Positions 29,293 to 38,917 are shown, counted from the first letter of the stretch. The stretch is DNA of 55,448 nt from a virus (IMGVR_UViG_3300032284_000540:1-55448), one strand, 5' to 3'. Notes: generated from the sequence alone by a model not told the origin. A program made the numbers and translations.

Positions 29293-29505
29293 TTAACTGT
29301 ATCTCTGACCGTTTCTCCAAACTTCTACCCATTCTTTTCCGCACGTGATACATTTCTTAGGATAGCTGGTAGAGTTCATATCAGGATTCAAGTTGTTCCC
29401 GTGCTTGTCGTACACGGGAGGATAGTACATACAAGTAGTAGTACCGTAACCGTTGTCAATGATTCGGCAGTCTTCTGCCGAGCAGTCTTTTGCTGGTTCG
29501 AACAT
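29293..29505 (-). CDS. Small Cys-rich (Zn-ribbon-like) hypothetical protein
   Basis: C-x4-C ... C-x2-C, 70 aa. Confidence 0.7.
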   Translation of the reverse strand: MFEPAKDCSAEDCRIIDNGYGTTTCMYYPPVYDKHGNNLNPDMNSTSYPKKCITCGKEWVEVWRNGQRYS

Positions 29506-29517
29506 ATAATTTGCCTC

Positions 29518-30660
29518 TTACTTTATTACTCTTAAGAGTATCGTGTCTGTACTGATACGCCCATTCAAGCGGCCGGGCTTAGTCTTAAGATCATCCATCA
29601 GCTTTTTCAGTGAAGCTTTCGAACCCTCTAGTACTCTCTTAAGCGTCTCTTCTGGTTTACGAAGCTTCTTAGTCGAAGAAGTCGACGCGTTATACCCAGT
29701 AATATTAACTGTCTTGATACCGAGCCCGCCAAGGTCTTGCGCCCTGTATACAGTCAACGACTTGTACTTGGTATTGAAAGTCCACAGCTCTGAAGCAGAC
29801 ATGATCTCTTGAGGATTGATGGATACCAGCTTATACTCTTGATCGTTCTTCTTAAACTTGAATCTCTTAAGAAGCTTCTCGATCGAGACAGTTTTAGGCT
29901 TACGATCGATCTTCCTAACTTTCTTGGCGTTAGATCCGTAGCGTTCCGCTTCCTCGATTAGACGAAGAAAGAACTCTAGCATTTCTTTTATTTGTGATCG
30001 ATCGAAGTTCTTGTAAGCTTCTTTCAGATCATGATCCGGCTCGGTTAAGACTTCATCGAGCTCGATGACCATCTTACTGTAATAAGAAACTATATACGGA
30101 GCGTAAGTCGCCGGAATCTCGTTCTTCTGTAGGTACTCATACACAGAGAAAGTATTGCCCTGATCTATAAGCAGTTCGATGCCGCCGATGATGTCACGCG
30201 CGCGTTCTCTAATATTAGCTTGAACATCCACGTGTTGCCTGGGTGGCTTCTTGACTTCTTCTTTAATCTTTTCTACAACCCTGCCCATCGCCACGTTAAG
30301 ACGATCGATCATGAACTCTTTAGTACGACTTGGTACTTTTCCACCGCGGTGCATGATACGACAGATCCAGCCCGCAGTAGTCGGGAACGAAGTATCAGAC
30401 ACTCGAGACACGGCGTCGGCGAACTTCTTCTGTCCGATAGAATTCAAGTAGTCTACGGCGTATTCTCTAGCGTCTGCGGCTGTATGCATATAAGCGTACC
30501 AGTTATACATCTTACCTAGCTGAGAGTCTGTAAGCTCTTCTAGAGGAGGTACTGGCTCAGCTCCAAGATACTTAGAGTTGATGATATACTCTTCGGTACG
30601 TGTCGTACGAGGCTTCTTGTTACGCTTGAACTTTCTGTCAATCGTGTGTCTCTTACTCAT
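29518..30660 (-). CDS. Conserved hypothetical early protein of T4-like phages
   Basis: 380 aa with its own early promoter; C-terminal LWTFNTKY...KKLRKPEE.L...NGRI..DTILLRV. Confidence 0.8.
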   Translation of the reverse strand: MSKRHTIDRKFKRNKKPRTTRTEEYIINSKYLGAEPVPPLEELTDSQLGKMYNWYAYMHTAADAREYAVDYLNSIGQKKFADAVSRVSDTSFPTTAGWICRIMHRGGKVPSRTKEFMIDRLNVAMGRVVEKIKEEVKKPPRQHVDVQANIRERARDIIGGIELLIDQGNTFSVYEYLQKNEIPATYAPYIVSYYSKMVIELDEVLTEPDHDLKEAYKNFDRSQIKEMLEFFLRLIEEAERYGSNAKKVRKIDRKPKTVSIEKLLKRFKFKKNDQEYKLVSINPQEIMSASELWTFNTKYKSLTVYRAQDLGGLGIKTVNITGYNASTSSTKKLRKPEETLKRVLEGSKASLKKLMDDLKTKPGRLNGRISTDTILLRVIK

Positions 30661-30683
30661 TCCATATCTCCACAGTATAACTG

Positions 30684-30713
30684 ATTATACCATAAACATG
30701 ATAGGATGTATAC
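30684..30713 (-). promoter_or_regulatory. Early promoter
   Basis: GTATACA-N17-TATAAT. Confidence 0.8.
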
Positions 30714-30716
30714 TAA

Positions 30717-31262
30717 TTAGTAGTTGATAGTATTAAAGAAGAACGTCTGGAACAACCTTCCAGACTTAAGATCTTCTCCGAAGTAGTCTAGACTTGCATG
30801 AAACAAGTCGCCCCTATAGACTATGAGACGATTGTACTTGTTTCCTACACGATCGAACAGGTCCCATTTAGTATAGTCGTATCCTTCATGATCAGTAGTA
30901 ATCTTATGATGTTCTCCAGTAGCACGATGCCTAAACAGCCCGGTCCCGCCGGTGTGAGGAGCGTCAGGAGTCAAGTAACATACTCCGGCCCACATGTTAT
31001 TAGGATCACTATGAATCCAAGTTCTATCAGAAGCAGTGGTTACTTGAAAAGATCCGTTATACTCTAGCTTCTGATCGACGATCCTGTTCACGTATCTAGG
31101 CATTACTCGTTCTATGGCGAGTCGCATGTCATCGTTGAAGTACGACTTCGTCCTCGCACCCGGAAAGTTGCCCTTCACGTCGAAAGACTGAGACAGCGCG
31201 AAGTTCCTAACTTCATCCGGGTTCGTATAGAAATCATCTACGATGACGAGCGAGACGTTCAT
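30717..31262 (-). CDS. 2OG-Fe(II) oxygenase superfamily protein (DUF6445-like)
   Basis: IVDDFY.NPD.VR, H-x-D (WIHSD), GGT, NRL..Y...FH and RLFQTFFF; start set at ATG 31262. Confidence 0.8.
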   Translation of the reverse strand: MNVSLVIVDDFYTNPDEVRNFALSQSFDVKGNFPGARTKSYFNDDMRLAIERVMPRYVNRIVDQKLEYNGSFQVTTASDRTWIHSDPNNMWAGVCYLTPDAPHTGGTGLFRHRATGEHHKITTDHEGYDYTKWDLFDRVGNKYNRLIVYRGDLFHASLDYFGEDLKSGRLFQTFFFNTINY

Positions 31263-31274
31263 GTATGTCCTTGA

Positions 31275-31305
31275 AAAGAGAAGAGGGTGGTCATTGACCA
31301 CCCTC
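31275..31305 (-). terminator. Intrinsic terminator downstream of the DUF932 gene
   Basis: Perfect 10-bp stem GAGGGTGGTC/GACCACCCTC followed on minus by TTCTCTTTT. Confidence 0.7.
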
Positions 31306-31350
31306 GATTAGAGAAACGATATGGAAAATAAAAAAGTATCGTCTCTCAGA

Positions 31351-32310
31351 TTATGCTGCGTTGGCCATCTCGACTGCAGTCTCGAGAGCCTTAGTCTTCA
31401 GGTTACGATTATACCCGTACCAGGCCGAAGCCAGCCGGGTGTCGGCCGATCGGCCGAGCTTATGATCGGTGACGTAAGTCACTGCGTTGAAGAGCTGCCA
31501 GAAAGTACCACGAGCGTACTCCGCTCCCGGCTGAACTTCTACCTGACCGAGAGCCATGTTGGCGTTACGCGACAGAGTGTCGGCAGTCTTATCGTTAGAC
31601 GACGTACGAGGGAACACCTTGTTGAAGTACTGGATCATTGCATCGGCAGAGTACTTCTTCGAACCAAGAAACTTAGCCATGTCCTTGTAAGTGTTAAGCT
31701 TCGTCTTAGCGACGCCGAGCATAACCTTGACGTTTTCGGGATCGAACTTAGTACGATGACTGATCTTGACCATGCGCTCTACGCTCGAGCTCAGCGAGAG
31801 CGTGAGGGTGTTGTTACAAATCACACGAATCGGCGTGAAACGAACGTCGGTAGCGAAGCCGAACCTGTGAAAGTTCGAGAACAGCAAGTAAGAATCGATC
31901 TTGTCACCCTTGAAGAGCTCGAAAGACTCCTTGACCTTGGCGAGTCCCCACACGATCTGACCGTCACGAAGCGATCCGGCCGTGTTCATCTCCATGTCGC
32001 CTTCCATGACAAACTCGTTAAAGAACTCGAAAGCTTCCTGATTCTGAACCGGATTCCAGTCGTTCGTCACTACGTCTAGGATCTTATCGTCTTCGTCACG
32101 AACCAGCGCAGACTCGCCGATGCTGACTCGCTTACCGTTAAGCTCTACGTAAGCGGGAACCTTACGAACCTGCCAGTCTAGACTGGCAGCCTTAAGCATC
32201 TGCGCGGGCGTCAAGTCTGCCGGAACTTCCTTACCCAAGCCGTGCCAGGGCGTCTGACCGGCATATGCCATAGAAGCCTCGCCGTTCTTCATCTCAATCA
32301 TATGTGCCAT
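31351..32310 (-). CDS. DUF932 family phage/plasmid-like protein (TIGR03299-like)
   Basis: PWHGLG, VQNQEAFEFF, TAGSL.DG, TPIRVICNNTL and GTFWQLFNAVT...DH motifs. Confidence 0.9.
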   Translation of the reverse strand: MAHMIEMKNGEASMAYAGQTPWHGLGKEVPADLTPAQMLKAASLDWQVRKVPAYVELNGKRVSIGESALVRDEDDKILDVVTNDWNPVQNQEAFEFFNEFVMEGDMEMNTAGSLRDGQIVWGLAKVKESFELFKGDKIDSYLLFSNFHRFGFATDVRFTPIRVICNNTLTLSLSSSVERMVKISHRTKFDPENVKVMLGVAKTKLNTYKDMAKFLGSKKYSADAMIQYFNKVFPRTSSNDKTADTLSRNANMALGQVEVQPGAEYARGTFWQLFNAVTYVTDHKLGRSADTRLASAWYGYNRNLKTKALETAVEMANAA

Positions 32311-32361
32311 AATTAACTCTCTTTTGCTTGTTAAACGGTTTATTCACCGTTCGATAAGATC

Positions 32362-32391
32362 ATTATATCTCTTATCATAAGCAATGTACAC
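32362..32391 (-). promoter_or_regulatory. Early promoter
   Basis: GTGTACA-N17-TATAAT. Confidence 0.8.
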
Positions 32392-32407
32392 TAGAAAATG
32401 TGAAATA

Positions 32408-33070
32408 TTATTTCTTTTTTTGGGCATCCATGAATAACTTTATTACTCTGTCTCTATAAGTATCTGTCTTCTCTATGAAGACTTGAGGAGTATCATTCTC
32501 TTCACAGGCTATTATAATAGCTATCTGAGGAATTTTGAGTCCTGTCCTCTCTTCTGTCATGAGAGCATAACACGCAGATTGAAGAAAATAATTCAAGATA
32601 AAAGACTTCTTCTTTAGACGTGTAGATGTCTTGAAGTCTACTACAGAATCTATCCCGACAAAACTGGTTAAGAAGTCTGAACGACCCGCAGTCTTGAGTG
32701 TGTCGGAGTATAGAGGAAATTCGATGCCATAGACGTCTCCGACACACGTATCAAGGATCTTCTTGATATTCTTAAACATCGATATAGTAGTAGGCATCGC
32801 ATCTTTCGCATAGTCTTCTTCATTAAGAAGATACTTCTCGCATATCTTATGAACAGCGGTACCTCTGCTAGCGGCGAGGCCAGCTATCTTACTCGCTTCT
32901 TTCTCTCCTACTCTCTTTCTCCATGCATGAAGACCCGACTTGTCAGAAGCTTCTCCTATGATGGTAGTGACTGAGCGATACTTGTTTCCTTCTGGAGTCA
33001 AGTACACTCTACCCTCTTCCGTGCTAGTCGCGACTAGCTCTACTTTAGGTAAGAAGTTATGCTTAAACAC
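32408..33070 (-). CDS. PD-(D/E)xK (Cas4-like) exonuclease
   Basis: Y.SVTTI, RGT.VH..CE.YL, AGRSD, DFKTS and YFLQ..CYA motifs. Confidence 0.88.
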   Translation of the reverse strand: MFKHNFLPKVELVATSTEEGRVYLTPEGNKYRSVTTIIGEASDKSGLHAWRKRVGEKEASKIAGLAASRGTAVHKICEKYLLNEEDYAKDAMPTTISMFKNIKKILDTCVGDVYGIEFPLYSDTLKTAGRSDFLTSFVGIDSVVDFKTSTRLKKKSFILNYFLQSACYALMTEERTGLKIPQIAIIIACEENDTPQVFIEKTDTYRDRVIKLFMDAQKKK

Positions 33071-33806
33071 TTATTCCCAGTCTATCTTTAGTTATGATAT
33101 ACTCTTTGACTAGCTTACTTCGTACGATGTCTTCTTGTATGAAGTCTATGAACTCGAAAGATTTCATCTCTTTTATTATCTTCATGAACTGTTTCACGCC
33201 AGACTTCTCGTTCTCTCTACGAAAGTCAGTCTGCCTAAAATCGCCACATATCAGTACTTTACAGTTCTTGCCTATCCTAGTTATGACAGAATCTAGCTCT
33301 CCTAGATCCATGTTCTGACACTCGTCTACTATGATTATGCAGTCGTTAAAAGTAACTCCTCTCACGAACGAAGTAGATACGAACTCTAAGTAGTTCTTGC
33401 TCTTTAATACTTCGTAAGCGTCTCCACGACCGAAGAGCTCGCTACACATAGAAATATACGGAGCTTCGTATACTCTAGTCTTTTCTTTGTTGTTTCCCGG
33501 TAAGAAACCCATGTCTCTAGTAGGAACAACAGACCTGACTATCATCACTTTCTTATAGTTAGTACTCTTAGAGAGCACTTCTCTTAGAGACGAGTAGAGC
33601 GAAAGGAAGCTCTTACCGGTTCCGGCTACGCCATGAAGCATGACATTTTTTCCGGCCGTATAGTGATTAAAGAACAACTTCTGATTATCGGTCAGAGCTT
33701 CTATGTTTTTTATGACGAACTGTTGCTTAAAGAAATCTTGTATATCATCTTCACTAGCGCCGCCCTGTCTTAGTTTTCTTTTCTGCTTGCGCGTGAGTCT
33801 TTCCAT
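33063..33806 (-). CDS. phoH: PhoH-like ATPase
   Basis: GVAGTGKS, GFLPG, RG.TF, DECQN, GD..QTD and DIVRS motifs. Confidence 0.95.
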   Translation of the reverse strand: MERLTRKQKRKLRQGGASEDDIQDFFKQQFVIKNIEALTDNQKLFFNHYTAGKNVMLHGVAGTGKSFLSLYSSLREVLSKSTNYKKVMIVRSVVPTRDMGFLPGNNKEKTRVYEAPYISMCSELFGRGDAYEVLKSKNYLEFVSTSFVRGVTFNDCIIIVDECQNMDLGELDSVITRIGKNCKVLICGDFRQTDFRRENEKSGVKQFMKIIKEMKSFEFIDFIQEDIVRSKLVKEYIITKDRLGISV

Positions 33807-33830
33807 TTTACTCTTTTTGTTGTGTGAAAG

Positions 33831-34082
33831 TTACCATGTATTTACAGTAGATCTAGTAGCTCCTTGAGAATGTTTCTTCTTAATTTCTTTCAATCGATCT
33901 CGAAAAGCAGCATCGGGTTTCTTAAGACCCAGTCTAATAGGATCACCCAGCGCAGGCGCCTGCGTTATCGTCTGCTCTATATGTCGATTATTTTTTAAGA
34001 ACTTATCCAAAGCATCCATAGTCATGAAGTCTTCGAACTCTTCGCCAGTCTTTTTATTCTTAAAAGAATAAGTCGGCATCAT
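33831..34082 (-). CDS. FmdB-like small regulatory protein
   Basis: MPTYSF.N..TGE.FE; common neighbour of phoH in T4-like phages. Confidence 0.65.
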   Translation of the reverse strand: MMPTYSFKNKKTGEEFEDFMTMDALDKFLKNNRHIEQTITQAPALGDPIRLGLKKPDAAFRDRLKEIKKKHSQGATRSTVNTW

Positions 34083-34261
34083 TCATTCCTATCATACGGG
34101 TCATAGTCGTCGTTGTTCTTCAAGAGACTATCCACGTCTCGTGTCTTAAGAGCTCGAGCTATTCTTTTGTTCTTCTTCTTGTTTAGATAGTCTGACTTAG
34201 GACCATAATAATCATGGTCTTCATAGTCGTCGTAGTAGTTCTTGTTTTTACTTTTGCTCAT
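34079..34261 (-). CDS. Small hypothetical protein
   Basis: 60 aa, overlaps both neighbours. Confidence 0.65.
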   Translation of the reverse strand: MSKSKNKNYYDDYEDHDYYGPKSDYLNKKKNKRIARALKTRDVDSLLKNNDDYDPYDRNE

Positions 34262-34673
34262 CGGGTAACAAACCTGGAAATGCCTCTCTTACGATAGATG
34301 GTGTGATGCCTTTAAACGGAAGCTTCTTGTCTTTAATAGAACAAAGGAGCTCGGCGTCCGCGGGCGCTAGGTTCTCAAGCATCTCTATAAAAAGAGCTTC
34401 GCGCCTGAGGGGCTGTAAGCTGTCGTTCCCTCCCTTTACGAAGAGATACAGCTTACGCGCTTCTGCATAGAAGACACTCTCCAAGTCGGTGAGATCGTTC
34501 TTCTTGTATGGAGGTACTCCCTTAGGAAGTAACCATTCGACACGAGGATCGAAAGCTCCCTGAAGGACTGTCTTGATAGTAGTGTTTTCGTTCTTACGAA
34601 GCTCTTCTACTCTTGTCTTCTTAGAAGAGATCTTTGAGATCTCGCCTAGAATCTCTGCTACACCCTTTTTCAT
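34248..34673 (-). CDS. Conserved T4-like hypothetical protein
   Basis: LP.G.PPY, EARKLYLF..GG...RRE.LFI.MLE.L...DAELL...KDK; lies next to rnh. Confidence 0.8.
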   Translation of the reverse strand: MKKGVAEILGEISKISSKKTRVEELRKNENTTIKTVLQGAFDPRVEWLLPKGVPPYKKNDLTDLESVFYAEARKLYLFVKGGNDSLQPLRREALFIEMLENLAPADAELLCSIKDKKLPFKGITPSIVREAFPGLLPDEQK

Positions 34674-34676
34674 TTA

Positions 34677-35522
34677 TCAAAAGTCTCCGATATGTTCTAA
34701 AAGATTCTTAAGTCTGTTGTCGATGAAGTAACTCATGAGCTTGGAACGGTTCTTATCGGACTGCTCTTCATAAGAAGATATAATCTTGTTCTGTAGCTCG
34801 ATCGGCGTATAAGACAGATCGATGAGCTGCCTATTACGAAGATAGTTTCTGCATGCTTCATGCTCCGTCTCGTGATCGAAGTCTATCGACATAAGATAGT
34901 CGACTCTGTTCTGTGTCATCGTCTTCTGGCGTTCTCCTAGAACGAAGCAGTTGTCGTTGCTGAGAACATTAGGCACGCCGTCTCCCTTATCTCCGCGTAG
35001 AATATGTTCTTTAAGGAATCGCTTAGGATCGATGGCAGAGATCTTCTTCTTTCGAGTAGGATCGTATTGCTCTACGTTCTGATACTTATGTAGCTGAATA
35101 AAGTCTTTATCACCAGACAAGATCATGATATGCTGAGGGCTAAACTCAGAAACGAGAGTGGCGATGACGTCGTCGGCCTCACACCCCTCAATATGAATTA
35201 CCCTATAAGGAAAAACGTTCTTTAGCTCTTCCCTTAGCTTATTCATGCACTCGAATATACCGGTCCAGTCTAGTTCAGACTTGGCAATGTTCTTCTTACG
35301 ATTGGCTTTATAGTAAGGAAATACCTGCTTGCGCCAGCAATTGGGGGCGTCTGCAGCGACGATCAGCTCTCCGTACTGGTCTCTAAACTTAGAGTTTAAG
35401 CTACGAATGGTGTTAAGCACCATGTGTCGTACCATGTTTTCTTCTAGCTTAGTATTAGTATGATTTCCGATCTGCATCATGAGATTGGAGATCATGACTT
35501 GATTCAAGTCTAAGATAAGCAT
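34677..35522 (-). CDS. rnh: RNase H / 5'-3' exonuclease (T4 Rnh)
   Basis: WRK..FPYYKANRK, EADDVI, SGDKDFIQL and GDKGDGVPN motifs. Confidence 0.95.
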   Translation of the reverse strand: MLILDLNQVMISNLMMQIGNHTNTKLEENMVRHMVLNTIRSLNSKFRDQYGELIVAADAPNCWRKQVFPYYKANRKKNIAKSELDWTGIFECMNKLREELKNVFPYRVIHIEGCEADDVIATLVSEFSPQHIMILSGDKDFIQLHKYQNVEQYDPTRKKKISAIDPKRFLKEHILRGDKGDGVPNVLSNDNCFVLGERQKTMTQNRVDYLMSIDFDHETEHEACRNYLRNRQLIDLSYTPIELQNKIISSYEEQSDKNRSKLMSYFIDNRLKNLLEHIGDF

Positions 35523-35544
35523 GATAAAATTCGATTCTTTATGT

Positions 35545-35931
35545 TTAAGCTGTAGTTTCAGAAGTATTTTCTATGAACTTAAGATGTAACTCGTCTACTA
35601 GAGTTAATTCATCATTCTCATCTTTAACGAAGATATTTTCAGAAATAGTCTGGAACGGATGATATAACTCGTAGTATTTACATAGTAAAGCATGAATAGA
35701 TTCTACTATAAAAGCTCCGTACTGGATTTCTTTTTCGTCTGAGAACTCCGAGAAATCAAAACCGGCCGCGTGTAATCTTTCGAACAACATAGGAGAGATC
35801 GCCAGTAGCGTCTCCTGTATATGTGCGTGTTTCATAGTATCCACAGTAGCTGCTACTTGCTCTTCATCCCCGGGAGGAGAGTTAATTTTCTTTATACTCT
35901 TGATCGGAAACTTAATGACTTCGGCGGTCAT
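35545..35931 (-). CDS. Hypothetical protein
   Basis: 128 aa, VIKFP N-terminus, directly after an early promoter. Confidence 0.75.
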   Translation of the reverse strand: MTAEVIKFPIKSIKKINSPPGDEEQVAATVDTMKHAHIQETLLAISPMLFERLHAAGFDFSEFSDEKEIQYGAFIVESIHALLCKYYELYHPFQTISENIFVKDENDELTLVDELHLKFIENTSETTA

Positions 35932-35960
35932 TTACTGCTTTCTAAAATGTCCATAAGACC

Positions 35961-35990
35961 ATTATATTTATAATCTGAACTAATGTACAC
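35961..35990 (-). promoter_or_regulatory. Early promoter
   Basis: GTGTACA-N17-TATAAT. Confidence 0.8.
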
Positions 35991-35992
35991 TG

Positions 35993-36970
35993 TTATTTTG
36001 GCCTATAGACAAACTTTCTTTCTTCTTTAAGAATCTCAGTAGGCAGGTTACGAATCGATTCGAGTAGATGCTTCCATTGCACGAGTCTATTATTCCAAGA
36101 ATAGAATATATCTGCATAAGACTTCTGCGGAGTTACTCGATTAACGTATGATCCATCGATCACAGACTTGATAGCGTTCTCAAGCATGAAATAAAAGATA
36201 TTAGCATGCTGAGTCTTATCTTCGTGCCAGTTATACATGTCTGTCCAATTAGAAGCAGTCTCTGGCAAAGCGCCATAGTTAGGATGTACACAGACTAAGC
36301 CGGCAGACATCGCTTCTATCAGTGCTATACAAGACGTCTCTAGCCATATAGAAGGATACGCAAAGATGTGCGCTTGCTGCAGAGCTGAACGAATCTGCTC
36401 GTTAGGTACCGAACCATGATAGTTTATCTTAGGATGATTCTTGCAACGATCGAATAGCGCCTGATACGGCGCGTCTCTTTCAGACCATCCATAGATCTTA
36501 AATGAAGAAAATACGTCTAGCTCTATATTATCATACTTCTCACATAGCTTGTCAAATACAGGAACGAGAAGCTCCAGCCCCCGGTGGGGTGTCGAAGTAT
36601 AAACCATCCTGATAACATCTTTAGGTTTTTCATGCACTGGAATAGGATCTATGGTGTTGTGCAATACTAATCCGTGTGAGAACGGAATGTCATACATCGT
36701 TTGATAACGCGTCATCTGCCAGTGTGAGTTGTATACGATCTTATGAAACTTTTTCCAGCCTCCGTTAGCTAGGTGCTTGGATTCGGGGTCTTCTGGAAGA
36801 TCCTGAAGCCAGAGTACACGTCTCTTAGTCTCGTCTAGCTCTCTTACTCTAGACATGATTATTTGAAACGGTTCTATATACTCTTCACCGAGTCGATCTC
36901 GAAGACCCCATTTCATGATCTCGGATCCACCCATAGCATTAAGTGATAGTTCGTCAGTCGCGATAGGCAT
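35993..36970 (-). CDS. GT-B glycosyltransferase (GT4-like)
   Basis: GGSE, YTSTPHRGL and YPSIWLETSCIALIEAMSAG (E-x7-E motif). Confidence 0.88.
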   Translation of the reverse strand: MPIATDELSLNAMGGSEIMKWGLRDRLGEEYIEPFQIIMSRVRELDETKRRVLWLQDLPEDPESKHLANGGWKKFHKIVYNSHWQMTRYQTMYDIPFSHGLVLHNTIDPIPVHEKPKDVIRMVYTSTPHRGLELLVPVFDKLCEKYDNIELDVFSSFKIYGWSERDAPYQALFDRCKNHPKINYHGSVPNEQIRSALQQAHIFAYPSIWLETSCIALIEAMSAGLVCVHPNYGALPETASNWTDMYNWHEDKTQHANIFYFMLENAIKSVIDGSYVNRVTPQKSYADIFYSWNNRLVQWKHLLESIRNLPTEILKEERKFVYRPK

Positions 36971-36981
36971 GATATATTTTC

Positions 36982-38250
36982 CTAAGCTGTTATAAGAGTA
37001 TCTACTAGCAAAGATTCGTAGTCTAAGTCTATAAGATGATCATGATTGTGTATCATGACGTCATAGTTTGCTTCTATCAGATCTTCTAGAATGTCGTATC
37101 TTCCTTGATATTTAGCCACGTTCTGAACTATTATTTCATGACGATCTATAAAATTTAACTTATCGTCGTAAGACTCGTCGAAAAGAAAGTCGTAAGTCTT
37201 GAACCCAATCTCTTTAAGATATCTAAGATTACCGGGGCCGCCGTTCATCATGAATGGCCTATAGTAGTACAAGCTCTTAAAAGTCTTTTCCGTGATCACA
37301 GAAAAGTCAACCGGATCGATCAGCTCGTATTGCGTACCGGTCTCATTGATCAAGTCGTAATATGACTTTACGAGATACTCGGTAGGCAACGGAATGTCGT
37401 TCATCCTGTTCTTGTCGTCTGTTCCTAAGTCGTCTATATGAATTACTTCGATGTTGGACTCGATCATGTCTTCTCTTACCGTAAAAGCATAAGTCGTGTT
37501 AGACTTTATAGTAGAAGGATCGTACTTCGAAAGCTTTCTATTACTAATGTATCCTTCCCGCATGAAACCTTTAGATCTTAGACCGTGCAAGAGAGCTACG
37601 CGATGAAGTCTAGGACCTCTTGTAAGGCAAGTGAACTGTTTTTCTTTCTTGGTATTCTTCTTATAAGCCTCGAACATTCCTCGTGGATCTACCGTGTCGT
37701 GCAAGTCTGTTATATCTAACAAATACTTGAACATTAACGGAGACCTAAGCAACTTCATGCTGCCATAGAAATACTCGTTCATGAAAGTTTTCTGTGAATC
37801 TATAAGATCGCCTGCTGTAAGAAATACAAACTTTAGATCGTTAAAAGAATAACACGCTCTCATATGAAAGAGCCATTCAAAGTTTTTTACTAAGCGCTCG
37901 AACTCAAAATTAGGAAGCATTTCTAGATCATGAGCGAATAGTATGGGTATATTATTCTCTGCAAAAAACTTCAGCTTAGACCGGTCTATTATAGGAAGAA
38001 ACTTCTGAAAGTCAAAGTTCCAATGATCTATAGGAATAAAGTAAAAGTATTTTTTAGAAGGATCTAGACCAGTCAGTTCATGAAACGGCTGGAACGCTAT
38101 CTTCTTTTTAACTACGTTATAATAAGTATTAGTAATCTCTTGATAATAATGATCGATCCAGTTATTACATATACTCTTCAACCTGTCTGCTACGGTAAAC
38201 GGCCGGCCGTCTACTGACATGCCGTCTACCAACAAAATTACTTCACTCAT
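36982..38250 (-). CDS. Hypothetical protein, possibly a GT10-like glycosyltransferase
   Basis: R.HR...L and LINET...ITEKTFK....RPF...G...L..LK..GFKT...FDESYD motifs. Confidence 0.55.
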   Translation of the reverse strand: MSEVILLVDGMSVDGRPFTVADRLKSICNNWIDHYYQEITNTYYNVVKKKIAFQPFHELTGLDPSKKYFYFIPIDHWNFDFQKFLPIIDRSKLKFFAENNIPILFAHDLEMLPNFEFERLVKNFEWLFHMRACYSFNDLKFVFLTAGDLIDSQKTFMNEYFYGSMKLLRSPLMFKYLLDITDLHDTVDPRGMFEAYKKNTKKEKQFTCLTRGPRLHRVALLHGLRSKGFMREGYISNRKLSKYDPSTIKSNTTYAFTVREDMIESNIEVIHIDDLGTDDKNRMNDIPLPTEYLVKSYYDLINETGTQYELIDPVDFSVITEKTFKSLYYYRPFMMNGGPGNLRYLKEIGFKTYDFLFDESYDDKLNFIDRHEIIVQNVAKYQGRYDILEDLIEANYDVMIHNHDHLIDLDYESLLVDTLITA

Positions 38251-38262
38251 AGATAGATTTTT

Positions 38263-38622
38263 TTAAGCCCGTCTGTGTAAAAACGTATCTTTGACAGTAT
38301 CTGGCTTAAAGCATTCTCTTACTAGTTCGATCACGATCTTGGTATCAAATGGTTTGCATGAAAATACGTCAAGGTACATCTCGTTCAACTCGTTGACGAA
38401 GTGCGCACAGATGTTACTAGTCTCGATAAGCTGAACTAGAGTAAATCCAGCTTTATCTCCGCTTCCGAAGTCTACTATCTGAGGTTCGCCGTAAGCTACC
38501 ATGTCGATATCTTTTACTAGTCGTTTAGTAAAATCGTGGACAGTCTGATGATTACGAATGGCCGCCGGATCACATCCAGCACAGTCTAAGATGAGGTGAT
38601 AACCCCAGTAGGCAGTTTTCAT
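38263..38622 (-). CDS. speD: Pyruvoyl-dependent S-adenosylmethionine decarboxylase family protein
   Basis: G.HLILDC.GC, LIETSNI..HF and YLDVFSCK.F motifs. Confidence 0.85.
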   Translation of the reverse strand: MKTAYWGYHLILDCAGCDPAAIRNHQTVHDFTKRLVKDIDMVAYGEPQIVDFGSGDKAGFTLVQLIETSNICAHFVNELNEMYLDVFSCKPFDTKIVIELVRECFKPDTVKDTFLHRRA

Positions 38623-38635
38623 GTCTTTTCCTTAA

Positions 38636-38917
38636 TTAAGCGTTGTCTAGAATCTGAGCGTATCTTACGGAGTCTATACGAAAAGACCTCCAGCCGCCCT
38701 TCTGAATATCCCACACCGCGATAGTATCTTGATTCTTAGCATGAAAATCACGCTCTTCTTTTTCCTCGTTGACGTACTGTGGAGGTAGTTTTCCGGGAAG
38801 AAGAGTGCATCGCATGACACGATCCTCGCCATTCGCTTTAGTAAAATGAATCTCTACTACGTTCTGTCTAAGGTCGTTGAGAAGAGCATCTCTTTGATAC
38901 ATATCACCGTTCATCAT
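38636..38917 (-). CDS. WYL_2/SH3-like beta-barrel protein (DUF2693-like)
   Basis: FTK.NGE.RVMRCTL...VWD....WRSFR. Confidence 0.85.
   Translation of the reverse strand: MMNGDMYQRDALLNDLRQNVVEIHFTKANGEDRVMRCTLLPGKLPPQYVNEEKEERDFHAKNQDTIAVWDIQKGGWRSFRIDSVRYAQILDNA

Noticed and set aside
31321-32079. 252-aa plus-strand ORF
   Set aside because: Antisense shadow of the DUF932 gene caused by its codon bias.
32408-33070. Cas4-like nuclease as evidence of a CRISPR system
   Set aside because: No repeat-spacer array or other cas genes were seen; it matches the common stand-alone phage exonuclease next to phoH.
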